From NCBI GenBank assembly GCA_032718475.1, contig JAUCBJ010000648.1, positions 124,001 through 188,000 of the forward strand: 64,000 nucleotides of DNA, in the 5' to 3' direction. The position numbers and the translations under genes were made by a program. Below, one piece after another: positions 50,445-64,000 of the stretch. Within the stretch, counting starts at the first letter, position 1, and every line of letters begins with the position of its first letter. The notes below the pieces were generated by a model. That model was given only the letters and a program-made list of their open reading frames with translations. It searched no databases and had not been told where the DNA came from. Source of the stretch: Nemertoderma westbladi (taxonomy: Eukaryota > Animalia > Xenacoelomorpha).

Positions 50445-52965
50445 AATAATTATATTCTTCTGCAACCAATAATTTACTTTTTTAGACGAATTTTTTTGCC
50501 GGACTAACATATTTTGGCAACGTTCTGTGCGAGATTGGCGATATTTGAAAAGATTCGGAGGTTCAAATATGTTGCTCACTGACTGAATAGCCCAAATAAA
50601 AAAGTTTGTGCATACTCGACGAGTTGAAATAGGTAAAATTTAACTTTAAATTTTCAAAACCGCTATTTTTTAGTGACCCCGTGATCGAAACGCCACAAAA
50701 ATATACAGTCTTGTGCGCAACCAAAATTCATGTAGAGTTTGTTATTAAAAATTTTGCGTACCTGGTTGAGTTTTTGAGATATTGGATGCGCGAAACAAAT
50801 GACGGGGCACCAGGCATTTAAAGCACTGCGTGGAGTTGGGAGTGTTAGTCTGTAACGAATGAACTTCTCAGGTCGCTATATTGTTGGCAGTGTAGACTTC
50901 TCAGTGGCTATATTGTTGGCAGTACAAAATGTTCTTCGTCTACGATAGCGCCTGCGGGGCAGTGTTTGCATACACGTTCTTCTTTGGGATGGGGATTCAA
51001 ACATGCGCCCCTGTTCATGGGTTAGTGTTCAATGGCTAAGTTGTGTGAAGATGTACGCAGGCGTGAGTAAGCGTGTAGATCACTCTGACTATATGCACAA
51101 TCATAGATATTTGGCCGTATCAGTGCGGGGTTGATTAAGATCTATGTCTGATACTTGGATTTACCCTTAGCTGCTTTGTCCCGAACTGTTGCTCTTAACT
51201 TGGTCATTTCATCTTCCAAAATGGTCGATTGATCTAGTTCTGTACATTTTCGGATATGTTAGCTTAACGGGGTATTCTTTGTGTCATATTCATAGATGGC
51301 TTTATACAATGGGCTACTCTCATTGTCTTCTTTGTGATAAATCTCTTGGCGAAATTTGTAGTCCGCTGCAAAACCAATGCTGATAGAGATGGGCGGTTTA
51401 ATCCGAAATAAACAAGTTCGTTTGGCGTTCTAACTTTAACACCAAGAAGTATTTTAAGTGCTCTTCTATACTTAATTTATACAGTTTTAATATTAATATT
51501 GCCCCATGTTTCAACGTTCAATGCACTCCATTGATCAAGCAGGCAGGCGTCTAGAACACCACTCATACATCATCACATGTTCATCATTTTCTTCCTTTGT
51601 CAGTGCCGTTGTAGTATGCTTATTGGGACATACTCATGGGCGTTCCAGCTCCGGGTACCCCCCGATCGCAATATTCGCTCCTCCTTGTCACTTGTCGTTT
51701 TCCCGGGTACTCTCCGTTCGCCGTATAAATAAGCAAGCAAGTATACACGTTTGTGGGGCCTTCGCGCAGCATGAGTCTCAGTTATCAGATACAGATAAAT
51801 ATTGAGCAATTCTATCACAAAATCGGTATTTAAGAAGTTTCACTAAACCGCAAATAAAAATAAATCAAAGAAGAGAGGAAAGCCCCCCCTTCAGCCCCCC
51901 TCTTAATCTGCACCACCACCCAAAGCCAAAGGCGCACAGAGGATTGATGAAAGGCAGTTCTGCAGTTATCAACAGGAAATTTGTGTTTTAAATTTTAGGC
52001 GACCCAAAAGAGGCGACCCAATTTGTAAAAATTATTAAAATTTACCTTATGCCGATAGTATAGATACTGACATATTAATTTATCATGTCAACACCTCAAC
52101 GAAATTATTTAGCTAATTATTCTAAAGAATCACGATTTATACTCAAGCAATCATTTTCCGAGATAAATAATAAGTGAGCTGGCTTATTAGTCTGGCACCT
52201 TACACTAGTTTAGTGCCTATCTCCTATAGATAATTACCCGTTGCCAAGTAGTAATGGTGAGATGATTGGACTGGTTCCCAACTATAGGCAATAGCAAGCA
52301 TGCCAAATAATGAGGGAGCTGGAAGTATAGAGTGAACGGGACATTTTAATAACTTAATTACGTTTAGATCAATTAAAAACACATTTCTTAAAGCATATCA
52401 CTTGAACTAATTAAAAACTATAATGGAATGGGGTATGGGAATTACAGCTGTATAGTTTTTAAGTATAATTATTTATATCTTATACCGGTACTATAAAATA
52501 ATTAATTTCCATTAAAAGGCAGGTTGAAAATGCTGTTTTACCCTAATCGACTTAATTAACAGTTGTTACGTAATTAACTAAATTTATCTTACCTTCTCGA
52601 AGGCCACAACCAAATTCAACCTGAAAAATTTCTAAACTTTTGGTAGACTACATGTGTACCAAGTTTGGATAGATTTCATCGAGATGTGGCCGAGTTATTA
52701 ACGTTTAAAATAGGACACGACAGAACAACAGACACACCGATTGAGTTAGTGGTACCCGTATGCTAAGCTCGCTTACTTTCGTGGCTCGCCCCACAGTGCT
52801 GCAATGCTTGTACCGGTGACTGTACCCGGGCGCGGGGCGACGTTTTAAACTTTAACCCTTTAAATTAATTACATTACAAGATGTCAAATTCGTCTGCTAA
52901 AATATTTGCTGTTTAAATCTCCATCTATTTAAATAACTCGTTGTCATTCGCCAAATTAAATTTAT

Positions 52966-54283
52966 GTGGGGCGAGCCACGAAGTTGGCGGAGCCTTAGCG
53001 AATTGACACTGTTAGGGGGTGGGTCAATTTATGCAAATAGTTGTCGTCGTCGTCGTTGTCGTCGTCGTCGTCGTCGTTGTCATCGTCGTTGTCGTCGTCG
53101 TCGTCGTCGTCGTTACGATTTTGACATGCTAATAACTTTGTCGGATTTAAAGCTGCCAAGTTGAAAATTTGTAGGTATCAATATGAGCAAAAGTTGAGAT
53201 TTTTGAGAGACTTTCAGACACCATCAGTGCAATGGTCTCCCGCTAGAGGGCCACATGTCTAAACATTAAATTCCCTCCCATTTCTTTGCTTTTAATCCGT
53301 TTAAGCTGAAACTTGGCAGATATGTATTAGACCATTAGCTGTGACTTTCAAAGGAGGCGAATCCATCTGCAGTTCTCCAGTCTGCCGCTAGAGGGCCAAA
53401 GGTCTGAAAGTGAAATCGTTGTCGTCGTTACGATTTTGACATGCTAATAACTTTGTCGGATTTAAAGCTGCCAAGTTGAAAATTTGTAGGTATCAATATG
53501 AGCTAAAGTTGAGATTTTTGAGAGACTTTCAGACACCATCAGTGCAATGGTCTCCCGCTAGAGGGCCACATGTCTAAACATTAAATGCCCTCCCATTTCT
53601 TTGCTTTTAATCCGTTTAAGATGAAACTTGGCAGATATGTATTAGACCATTAGCTGTGACTTTCAAAGGAGGCGAATCCATCTGCAGTTCTCCAGTCTGC
53701 CGCTAGAGGGCCAAATGTCTGAAAGTGAAATCGTTGTCGTCGTTATGATATTGACATGCTTATAACTTTGTCGAATTTAAAGCTGCCAAGTTGAAAATTT
53801 GTTTTGTTGAAAATCAGTTCAACAGTCACCCGCTATAGGACTACTTTATGCCTGAAAGTGAATAGATTCTCCCGTCTCATTGATTTTAATCAGTTTAAGC
53901 TGAATCTTGCCATATATTCTGGACCACATGCTGCGTCTTTGTGGGGGGGGGGGGGGGGGGGGAGATTTAATCGGTCTGCCGCTATACGACGAAATTTCTG
54001 AAAGTGAGATCCGTCTCTCATTTCGTTATCCGTTATTCAAGATGAAACTTGGCCGATGTACGTATGTACTATTCATCCATAGGCTGTGTCTTTGTGGGGC
54101 TGGAGACCCTAATCCATCTTCAGTTCTCACTATACCGCTAGAGTCAGAAATGTCTGAATAGAAATGAAAGAGGTAAAAAGTGATTAGGCGAAATCTGCTT
54201 AAAATTTGCTAATACAGTAATACTTTCGAATTAGTACTTAAATTAAATTTAAGTCACGTGCTGCGCGAAGGCCCCACTTCGTG
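52966..54283 (+). mobile_element. Helentron-associated (HINE-like) element, copy 2, with more internal 315-bp repeats
   Basis: Same termini as 39978-40826. Repeat starts at 53112, 53427 and 53742. Confidence 0.7.
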
Positions 54284-55124
54284 TATTACTAAGTACATAT
54301 ATATATATAGACCTACAGTATAAACAAAAAATGTTAAAAAATCGCAGCTAATCGCTGCCCCAACTAATTACCATAAATCTATCGCTAAATTAGCACTCCT
54401 AATACATAGTCCCTACCCTTCCTATTTTCTCTTCTATCTACTTTCTACTCTACCTTACCTACATTATCTATCTACAGTATCTATATGCCATCTTCTTCTT
54501 CACCTCTCTATTCTGCATCTGCAACACCCTACAGTATACTATTACTTCAAACTACTACTCACTACGTCCAATCTATCAAATGTTACATATATTTACATTT
54601 TATATAATTCCATCCTCCTGGTGAGCAGCCGTTTACTAGCCCTGCTATTTGGCTGTTCTCCAGTACCCATTTATATAGAACCTACCATATATAGTATGTA
54701 CTCATGTTAATTTCTATTTTATACTGAGTTATTGTTGTGATTTTGAATTATTATTTGAAGGGTAAAAATAAACATTTAAATACAATTGAAATACAATACA
54801 AGACTGCTGCTGTACTCGTGTACTGTAGTAGTATTAGGTATCTGAATGTTGATATCAATGGGATACCGAGGCGTACAGTGACGTCACGACCAATCACAGA
54901 TCGTTTTCAAATTTTGAATAATTTTTAAACTGAAAACACCAATTCCTCGGCTATTTTAGCATCTTATTGAATTCTGTAAACGCCATTGTGTTTCTGTGAT
55001 ATTATTGCATCTAATTAATATGGTTTTGAATTTGAGTCGTGAACCCCATTGGTGTTTTGGGTGAATGGGTGGTTTCATATTATTATAACTTTCGTTGGGC
55101 ACAGCTTTGTAAATTCGGCAATGA

Positions 55125-55180
55125 CGTCCAGGTGGGATCGAACTGGTGACCTGTAGGTTGGAAGTATAACCCCGCTTAGA
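55125..55180 (-). mobile_element. Decayed tRNA-derived SINE head
   Basis: Minus strand has GGTCACCAGTTCGATCCCACC (B box). Confidence 0.4.
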
Positions 55181-55387
55181 AGATAAGTTTTGTTAATAAG
55201 AGTCCTATATTGTAACAGCCAAAATCCTAATAAAAACTATCAAATGACTTGACCAATGAGCAATGTCCATTACTTGGGAAACTAAATTGGTAACTATGTA
55301 GAAGTGCACTAGTGGGTTCAGTCAATCGATAGCCATTGGACTAAAGTTTGTCAAAATTTGTGGAAAACTCAAATAAAAAACATTCAA

Positions 55388-57942
55388 AATTTAAACAACA
55401 TGAACTTTGTATAAATTAATATAAACAACATGAACTTTGTATAAATTAATATAAACAACATGAACTTTGTATAAATTAATATAAACAACATGAACTTTGT
55501 ATAAATTAATATAAACAACATGAACTTTGTATAAATTAATATAAACAACATGAACTTTGTATAAATTAATATAAACAACATGAACTTTGTATAAATTAAT
55601 TTAAACAACATGAACTTTGTATAAATTAATATAAACAACATGAACTTTGTATAAATTAATATAAACAACATGAACTTTGTATAAATTAATATAAACAACA
55701 TGAACTTTGTATAAATTAATTTAAACAACATGAACTTTGTATAAATTAATTTAAACAACATGAACTTTGTATAAATTAATATAAACAACATGAACTTTGT
55801 ATAAATTAATATAAACAACATGAACTTTGTATAAATTAATATAAACAACATGAACTTTGTATAAATTAATATAAACAACATGAACTTTGTATAAATTAAT
55901 ATAAACAACATGAACTTTGTATAAATTAATATAAACAACATGAACTTTGTATAAATTAATATAAACAACATGAACTTTGTATAAATTAATATAAACAACA
56001 TGAACTTTGTATAAATTAATATAAACAACATGAACTTTGTATAAATTAATATAAACAACATGAACTTTGTATAAATTAATATAAACAACATGAACTTTGT
56101 ATAAATTAATATAAACAACATGAACTTTGTATAAATTAATTTAAACAACATGAACTTTGTATAAATTAATATAAACAACATGAACTTTGTATAAATTAAT
56201 ATAAACAACATGAACTTTGTATAAATTAATATAAACAACATGAACTTTGTATAAATTAATTTAAACAACATGAACTTTGTATAAATTAATTTAAACAACA
56301 TGAACTTTGTATAAATTAATATAAACAACATGAACTTTGTATAAATTAATATAAACAACATGAACTTTGTATAAATTAATATAAACAACATGAACTTTGT
56401 ATAAATTAATATAAACAACATGAACTTTGTATAAATTAATATAAACAACATGAACTTTGTATAAATTAATATAAACAACATGAACTTTGTATAAATTAAT
56501 ATAAACAACATGAACTTTGTATAAATTAATATAAACAACATGAACTTTGTATAAATTAATATAAACAACATGAACTTTGTATAAATTAATATAAACAACA
56601 TGAACTTTGTATAAATTAATATAAACAACATGAACTTTGTATAAATTAATATAAACAACATGAACTTTGTATAAATTAATATAAACAACATGAACTTTGT
56701 ATAAATTAATATAAACAACATGAACTTTGTATAAATTAATATAAACAACATGAACTTTGTATAAATTAATATAAACAACATGAACTTTGTATAAATTAAT
56801 ATAAACAACATGAACTTTGTATAAATTAATTTAAACAACATGAACTTTGTATAAATTAATATAAACAACATGAACTTTGTATAAATTAATATAAACAACA
56901 TGAACTTTGTATAAATTAATATAAACAACATGAACTTTGTATAAATTAATATAAACAACATGAACTTTGTATAAATTAATATAAACAACATGAACTTTGT
57001 ATAAATTAATATAAACAACATGAACTTTGTATAAATTAATATAAACAACATGAACTTTGTATAAATTAATATAAACAACATGAACTTTGTATAAATTAAT
57101 ATAAACAACATGAACTTTGTATAAATTAATATAAACAACATGAACTTTGTATAAATTAATATAAACAACATGAACTTTGTATAAATTAATATAAACAACA
57201 TGAACTTTGTATAAATTAATATAAACAACATGAACTTTGTATAAATTAATATAAACAACATGAACTTTGTATAAATTAATATAAACAACATGAACTTTGT
57301 ATAAATTAATATAAACAACATGAACTTTGTATAAATTAATATAAACAACATGAACTTTGTATAAATTAATATAAACAACATGAACTTTGTATAAATTAAT
57401 ATAAACAACATGAACTTTGTATAAATTAATATAAACAACATGAACTTTGTATAAATTAATATAAACAACATGAACTTTGTATAAATTAATATAAACAACA
57501 TGAACTTTGTATAAATTAATATAAACAACATGAACTTTGTATAAATTAATATAAACAACATGAACTTTGTATAAATTAATATAAACAACATGAACTTTGT
57601 ATAAATTAATATAAACAACATGAACTTTGTATAAATTAATATAAACAACATGAACTTTGTATAAATTAATATAAACAACATGAACTTTGTATAAATTAAT
57701 ATAAACAACATGAACTTTGTATAAATTAATATAAACAACATGAACTTTGTATAAATTAATATAAACAACATGAACTTTGTATAAATTAATATAAACAACA
57801 TGAACTTTGTATAAATTAATATAAACAACATGAACTTTGTATAAATTAATATAAACAACATGAACTTTGTATAAATTAATATAAACAACATGAACTTTGT
57901 ATAAATTAATATAAACAACATGAACTTTGTATAAATTAATAT
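55388..57942. repeat. 30-bp near-perfect satellite (ATAAACAACATGAACTTTGTATAAATTAAT), about 85 copies
   Basis: Exact 30-nt period with a single A/T variant position. Confidence 0.99.
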
Positions 57943-57980
57943 ATTATATATATACTATATATATATACACTATAACTTAC

Positions 57981-58016
57981 GTCTTCGGCGTGATTAGGAA
58001 AAATAAGACCCCGAGT
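57981..58016 (-). other. Candidate 36-nt micro-exon, paralog of 29625-29658
   Basis: TTCTTTTTATTCAG acceptor, ...AAGAC|GTAAGT donor and homologous flanks. Confidence 0.55.
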
Positions 58017-58962
58017 CTGAATAAAAAGAATTGTAAAAACTTAAAATATAAATAATTTATTTATAACAAATTTCACCAACAGCCATACCCTTAAAATAAA
58101 ATAATGTGCTTTAGGGTTTATATACAGTCAGAAATGAAACCAAATGTAACCAGCCAACCAATAGGGTTCTGGGTACTCTAGTAGTGGCCAATCCTTTACA
58201 GTACTATAAACCTTGGCTCTGATATTAAATCAATACTTTTGGTATTGTAAAATAATTAGTAATAACATCATAACACTAGTCATTATTACATCATCGTTGA
58301 AGTCCACTCATACGCGTGAGTAGCCTTTAATGACAGGTTTTGAGTTTTATTTCTTCACATAAACTTTCTAGGCAGAGTTGGCAGAGCGTATTGACTATGA
58401 ATAAGAATGCAATACACTAAACTTGTTAGATCTTCCAACCATCATTGTCGAAATAAATACAATTCATTGGCGAATAAATTCAGTTTCGGTTTCAGTTTCA
58501 GTTTTATAGTTTCAGTTGTCGAAAACTTAAAAGTAAAAATATCGGTAGTAAATATCGGAGTAGCGGCTCAGAAGCGTGAATATATCGAAATGACCGCATA
58601 AAGCGGCATTGTTGAATGTTATCTCAATAGTATGGCTGCATAGCATAGTCAGACAGATGGTATTGGTATAATGTAGCTGGTTGATTTCAGAACATGTGGG
58701 ACGATCCACGTAAGTCCAGTTGAGCATTCGCGTAGCGGAACCATTAGTGAACCGTCCGTCGTCGTCGTTGTCGAAAATGTTTGAGAGCTATTAACTAGGT
58801 GAATCTTTGATGAAATGGAACCAAACTTGGTACACATGTAGTCTATAAAAAGTATAGAAATTATACAGAAGACACACATATATAGTTCATATGTAAACCG
58901 CTAGGGGGCGAATGACTAAACTGTTCGCTAATTGTTCTTCTACGCAAATGATCATTTGGACT

Positions 58963-59597
58963 TACGTGTGCGCGATGTCCCCAAGTACGTGTGCGCGATG
59001 TCCCCAAGTACGTGTGCGCGATGTCCCCAAGTACGTGTGTGCGATGTCCCCAAGTACGTGTGCGCGATGTCCCCAAGTACGTGTGCGCGATGTCCCCAAG
59101 TACGTGTGCGCGATGTCCCCAAGTACGTGTGCGCGATGTCCCCAAGTACGTGTGTGCGATGTCCCCAAGTACGTGTGCGCGATGTCCCCAAGTACGTGTG
59201 TGCGATGTCCCCAAGTACGTGTGCGCGATGTCCCCAAGTACGTGTGTGCGATGTCCCCAAGTACGTGTGCGCGATGTCCCCAAGTACGTGTGCGCGATGT
59301 CCCCAAGTACGTGTGCGCGATGTCCCCAAGTACGTGTGCGCGATGTCCCCAAGTACGTGTGCGCGATGTCCCCAAGTAAGTGTGCGCGATGTCCCCAAGT
59401 ACGTGTGTGCGATGTCCCCAAGTACGTGTGCGCGATGTCCCCAAGTACGTGTGTGCGATGTCCCCAAGTACGTGCGCGCGATGTCCCCAAGTACGTGTGT
59501 GCGATGTCCCCAAGTACGTGTGCGCGATGTCCCCAAGTACGTGTGTGCGATGTCCCCAAGTACGTGTGCGCGATGTCCCCAAGTACGTGTGCGCGAT
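58963..59597. repeat. 23-bp minisatellite (TACGTGTGCGCGATGTCCCCAAG), about 27 copies
   Basis: 23-nt period. Confidence 0.97.
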
Positions 59598-60039
59598 CAA
59601 CTAGAAAGAAAGTACTAGAAAGATCCAACTAGTGGACCAGATAACACATACCCAGTTTCGGATAATTTTATTTTAGTTTTTAGTAGTTTTTAATTAGTTT
59701 TAAATGGACAAAAGTTACACAGAGTTAAACAAAATTACACCGTGGATAATAAATCCACCTTTAATTTATTTTGAAGAATAGGTTTGGATTTTGACTGCCG
59801 CAGACTGGTATCTATGGAGTTCCATAATGTAACTCCCTCATATTTTAAGCCTCTTTGTGCAACCAGTATTCGAGTTCGTGGAACAAACAATTTATTATCT
59901 CAAGCTGATCCTGACAAAAAGTTTACTGAAAACAACAATTGTCCTTACTCCTATGAGTTCGCCAGGGGCCGCCCTCTAACGGAATCTTGTTTTGTATGTA
60001 CCTGAACAAGATGTTGTTAATGATAACTGAATCAGTTTT

Positions 60040-60150
60040 AATTGATGGGTTTTTGGGTTATTGCTCTTTATGGATGATACAGTTATCTTTTCGACATCGA
60101 GAAATAATTGTATATTTAAACTCCAAGCATTAGTAAATTTTTTTTCGTCA
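60040..60150 (+). pseudogene. Small LINE RT remnant
   Basis: Reads LLLFMDDTVIFSTSRNNCIFKLQALVNF. Confidence 0.6.
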
Positions 60151-61094
60151 GGTGGACTATATTATATATACTATATATTATATATACTATTGCGTAATAA
60201 GAATAAAGTTCGGAGACGTATATAATAATATAGTAAATATGATATTATAAGTAATTACAAATATATTTCGACGGTAATAGCCGTCATTATCAATGCATAT
60301 AATCCTATACAGAAGTTGGAAGTAAGTGACCTAATTATTAATAATGGAAATTGCATATTAAATAGTGAAATAGCACAAAATCGCACAGACCACACGACAA
60401 GACTGCTACATACTACTGTACTACAATAACAGTACTAAGTCCTACATACATACTGTACGAAGATAACACCCCCCCCCCCCCCCCCCCCCAAACAAAAGGG
60501 GGGGGGGGGGGGAATGACGAAAACCGTCATTCCCAAAATATCAATGTGCGATGTTTTCAGTTTCCGTTAAACTGGTTGTAAAAAACAGAGGTTATTTCAA
60601 TTTGCCCTTACACGCTTTAACTGCCATTTGTAAACCTACTAACTAGGCATTCTTAAGTTAAATATGACATTTTTAGTTTTAAAATGCTCTTCCTCTTCAT
60701 TATCCTCTTTGCGCTCGTCCTGTTTTGTCTCAAAATTTTTTTTAACGCTGACTGACGACCTTTATAACTATGTAAAGTCTCGAAACTGTGAGAGTAACTG
60801 CTGATTTATCGCAGATGGATATTCGTATCCACTGTAAAACTCGTTGCAATCTCTCTATACACTCTATACATTCCTTAAAACATTCCATTATCTATATCAG
60901 TATCGGATAAAATTACATATCGTCCAATATGCTAAACCATGTGGTTTACGAGTATTGTTAACCACAATACTCGTTATTACGAGTATAGTCAACACAGACT
61001 CGTCTTCATTATAACATTCTTTCCACTCGTCCTGTACATCCTGGTCGCCAAATAACTATTATAAAGTTTTATAGTTTACGAGTTTTATAGTATA

Positions 61095-61351
61095 CTAGCA
61101 GGCAATACCCGAGGCATGTTACCCGGTATTTCCCGCTACCGGCATAGGCCTACTGGCGTACTGGTACCGGTATAAGCCTACCCAGTACCGGTACCGAACG
61201 TGAATTAAACTTTTCGAAAAGTGGCCTATAACGACCGCTGGTTAAAGTTATACACACATGCCAAGTTCCAGCGCAATCCCTCCGCCCGTTTTGGAGGAAT
61301 TCGAACACAGAGAGAGAGAGAGAGACATAATTTGATTTTTATAGGTATAGA
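61095..61351 (-). mobile_element. Non-autonomous Helitron
   Basis: Minus strand A|TCTATACC...(TC)n...CCGGGTAACATGCCTCGG hairpin...CTAG|T, with no TSD. Confidence 0.7.
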
Positions 61352-61399
61352 TTTAGAGTTTACGCGTAAACTCAACACAATACTCGCCTCCTTCATTAG

Positions 61400-61746
61400 C
61401 CTCGATGTGCTCGTGTTAAAGGCCCCACGCAAATTCTTTTTGGAAAATTTATAAACTTCTGCCAAACAACATGTGTACCAAGATTGGTTAGATTTCATTG
61501 AGAATTAGCTAAGTTATTAACGTTTAAAAACACGGATCTACAGAACGACACACTGATTGAGTTAGAGTGGTACCCGTATGGTAAGTTTCGCTTACTTTCG
61601 TGGCTCGTCCCACAGACACACTGATTGAGTTAGAGTGGTACCCGTATGGTAAGTTCGCTTACTTTCGTGGCTCGTCCCACAGACACACTGATTGAGTTAG
61701 AGTGGTACCCGTATGGTAAGTTCGCTTACTTTCGTGGCGCCCCCAC
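61400..61746 (-). mobile_element. HINE-like element with a triplicated terminus; related copy at ~52590-52794
   Basis: GACACACTGATTGAGTTAGAGTGGTACCCGTATGG...TTTCGTGGCTCG(T/C)CCCAC occurs three times in tandem. A similar block lies at 52600-52794. Confidence 0.6.
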
Positions 61747-62866
61747 ATGATCATGACATCGGAGTCAACCTATGAAATCATAATTTAAGGGATGGTACTT
61801 TTATAATCTGTAATAATTAATCCATTATATTATTGCCAAACGACATATTATTATCATCACAATTAGTGAAATCAAGTTTTATAATCGCCATATTATCTAA
61901 TGAATATCATTCAGCACATACTAGAAAGGACTGAACTGTGCAGTTTAGCGTAGATTATACCTAGGTAGCGCTCATTGCACTACTCAGCGCACGATGCAGG
62001 ATTGGAGTGGAAGAGTTTCAATAATATTATTAAATTATTATGCACATTGCAGCCTTTGTTGAAAGTATCATTACAGTATAAAACCCAACTTCTCAGTTAA
62101 CTGCCATGCGTTAGAGTACATACATTTCATTGTGATAATATCTAATGCACCGTGATGCAATCTACTATATGAAAGAATATGAACTCAAGCTGAAGAAATA
62201 GAACGACAGTAGGATAGGACAGTGCGACAAAAGGGTATCTGAGTCACGATTTATTATAGAAGGCAATGGAATTATTTTTAGGTAGTTGTGATGGATCGTC
62301 CAGAATTCGGAAAGCTACAATTTTTTCCCATATTTTAATACTGCGAAACCACTCCTTCTCTTCTTTTTTTCACAGTAATAAAATATAATATTGGAATAAT
62401 CACTTTGTACTTACTTCAACTGTGTTTGGTGCATTTATTTCCGATGGTTAGTATAGTTTAGGATCCTTATTGCTACCATAACACAGGGCATATTTGTTAA
62501 TATTTACGTTATGCTTTATAGTTCATTATATTGTAATAAATCAAATTATATATATTATGGACCGGCACACATTCAAGAACAGCCGTTGTCTGCAGTCGAT
62601 ACTGAGTTAATCGATAAACCGCACTTTGAAAAATTGCACAAGTTACAGTACAACATTATAGAAGGTAATTAATTATTTGCTTGTTGCCATGGTTACATGG
62701 TGGCTGCCATTGCATTTCAATAGAGCCGATACTAGAAATCAAGAGGAGGTCAGGTTCAATATATGGCGTTCCGAGCAGTCGCCATGGAAAAATTGGAATG
62801 ATTTTTAAAAAAATGCCACAACCGATTAACTGATGACAATTTAGTGTGGGTAGGTCATTATGTGCA

Positions 62867-64000
62867 TATAGTGGGTTCGTAGACTGAGAGCAAGTTATAT
62901 AGTGGGTTCGTAGACGGAGAGCAAGTCATATAGTGGGTTTGTAGACTGAGAGCAAGTTATATAGTGGGTTCGTAGACTGAGAGCAAGTTATATAGTGGGT
63001 TCGTAGACTGAGAGCAAGTTATATAGTGGGTTCGTAGACTGAGAGCAAGTTACATAGTGGGTTCGTAGACTGAGAGTAAGTTATATAGTGGGTTCGCAGA
63101 CTGAGAGCAAGTTATATAGTGGGTTCGTAGACGGAGAGCAAGTTATATAGTGGGTTCGTAGACTGAGAGCAAGTTATATAGTGGGTTCGTAGACCTAGAG
63201 CAAGTTATATAGTGGGTTCGCAGACTGAGAGCAAGTTATATAGTGGGTTCGTAGACTGAGAGCAAGTTATATAGTGGGTTCGTAGACCTAGAGCAAGTTA
63301 TATAGTGGGTTCGTAGACGGAGAGCAAGTTATATAGTGGGTTCGTAGACTGAGAGCAAGTTATATAGTGGGTTCGTAGACTGAGAGCAAGTTATATAGTG
63401 GGTTCGTAGACTGAGAGCAAGTCATATAGTGGGTTCGTAGACTGAGAGCAAGTTATATAGTGGGTTCGTAGACTGAGAGCAAGTTATATAGTGGGTTCGA
63501 AGACTAAGAGCAAGTTATATAGTGGGTTCGTAGACTGAGAGCAAGTCATATAGTGGGTTCGTAGACTGAGAGCAAGTTATATAGTGGGTTCGTAGACTGA
63601 GAGCAAGTTATATAGTGGGTTCGAAGACTAAGAGCAAGTTATATAGTGGGTTCGTAGACTGAGAGCAAGTTATATAGTGGGTTCGTAGACTAGGAGCAAG
63701 TTATATAGTGGGTTCGTAGACGGAGAGCAAGTTATATAGTGGGTTCGTAGACGGAGAGCAAGTTATATAGTGGGTTCGTAGACGGAGAGCAAGTTATATA
63801 GTGGGTTCGTAGACGGAGAGCAAGTTATATAGTGGGTTTGTAGACTGAGAGCAAGTTATATAGTGGGTTTGTAGACTGAGAGCAAGTTATATAGTGGGTT
63901 CGTAGACGGAGAGCAAGTTATATAGTGGGTTCGTAGACGGAGAGCAAGTTATATAGTGGGTTCGTAGACTGAGAGCAAGTTATATAGTGGGTTCGTAGAC
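62867..64000. repeat. 31-bp minisatellite (ATAGTGGGTTCGTAGACTGAGAGCAAGTTAT), runs off the window end
   Basis: 31-nt period. Confidence 0.97.

Noticed and set aside
55384-57921. 845-aa ORF (MLFILIYTKF)n
   Set aside because: Artefact of a 30-bp satellite.

Overview
Repeat-dense, AT-rich eukaryotic DNA, probably from an invertebrate metazoan; the species cannot be determined from sequence alone. The only well-supported host coding sequence is a minus-strand, phase-1/1 exon encoding two Ig-like domains (6181-6792). Candidate upstream micro-exons lie in two paralogous blocks about 28 kb apart. The main element is an 11.3-kb minus-strand BEL/Pao LTR retrotransposon (8088-19420). Its ~1.2-kb LTRs are nearly identical and it retains gag and protease, but it lacks RT and integrase. 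It has no TGG-type tRNA primer-binding site; the bases abutting the 5' LTR are instead complementary to a sequence inside the LTR, which suggests Tf1-like self-priming. Also present: RTE-like LINE fragments, a decayed Gypsy RT, MULE-like and IS3EU-like MITEs with clean TSDs, Helitron/Helentron-like non-autonomous elements, tRNA-derived SINE heads, a probable P-element excision footprint and about ten unrelated tandem arrays (units 23-86 bp). Most long ORFs in the supplied track are tandem-repeat artefacts.
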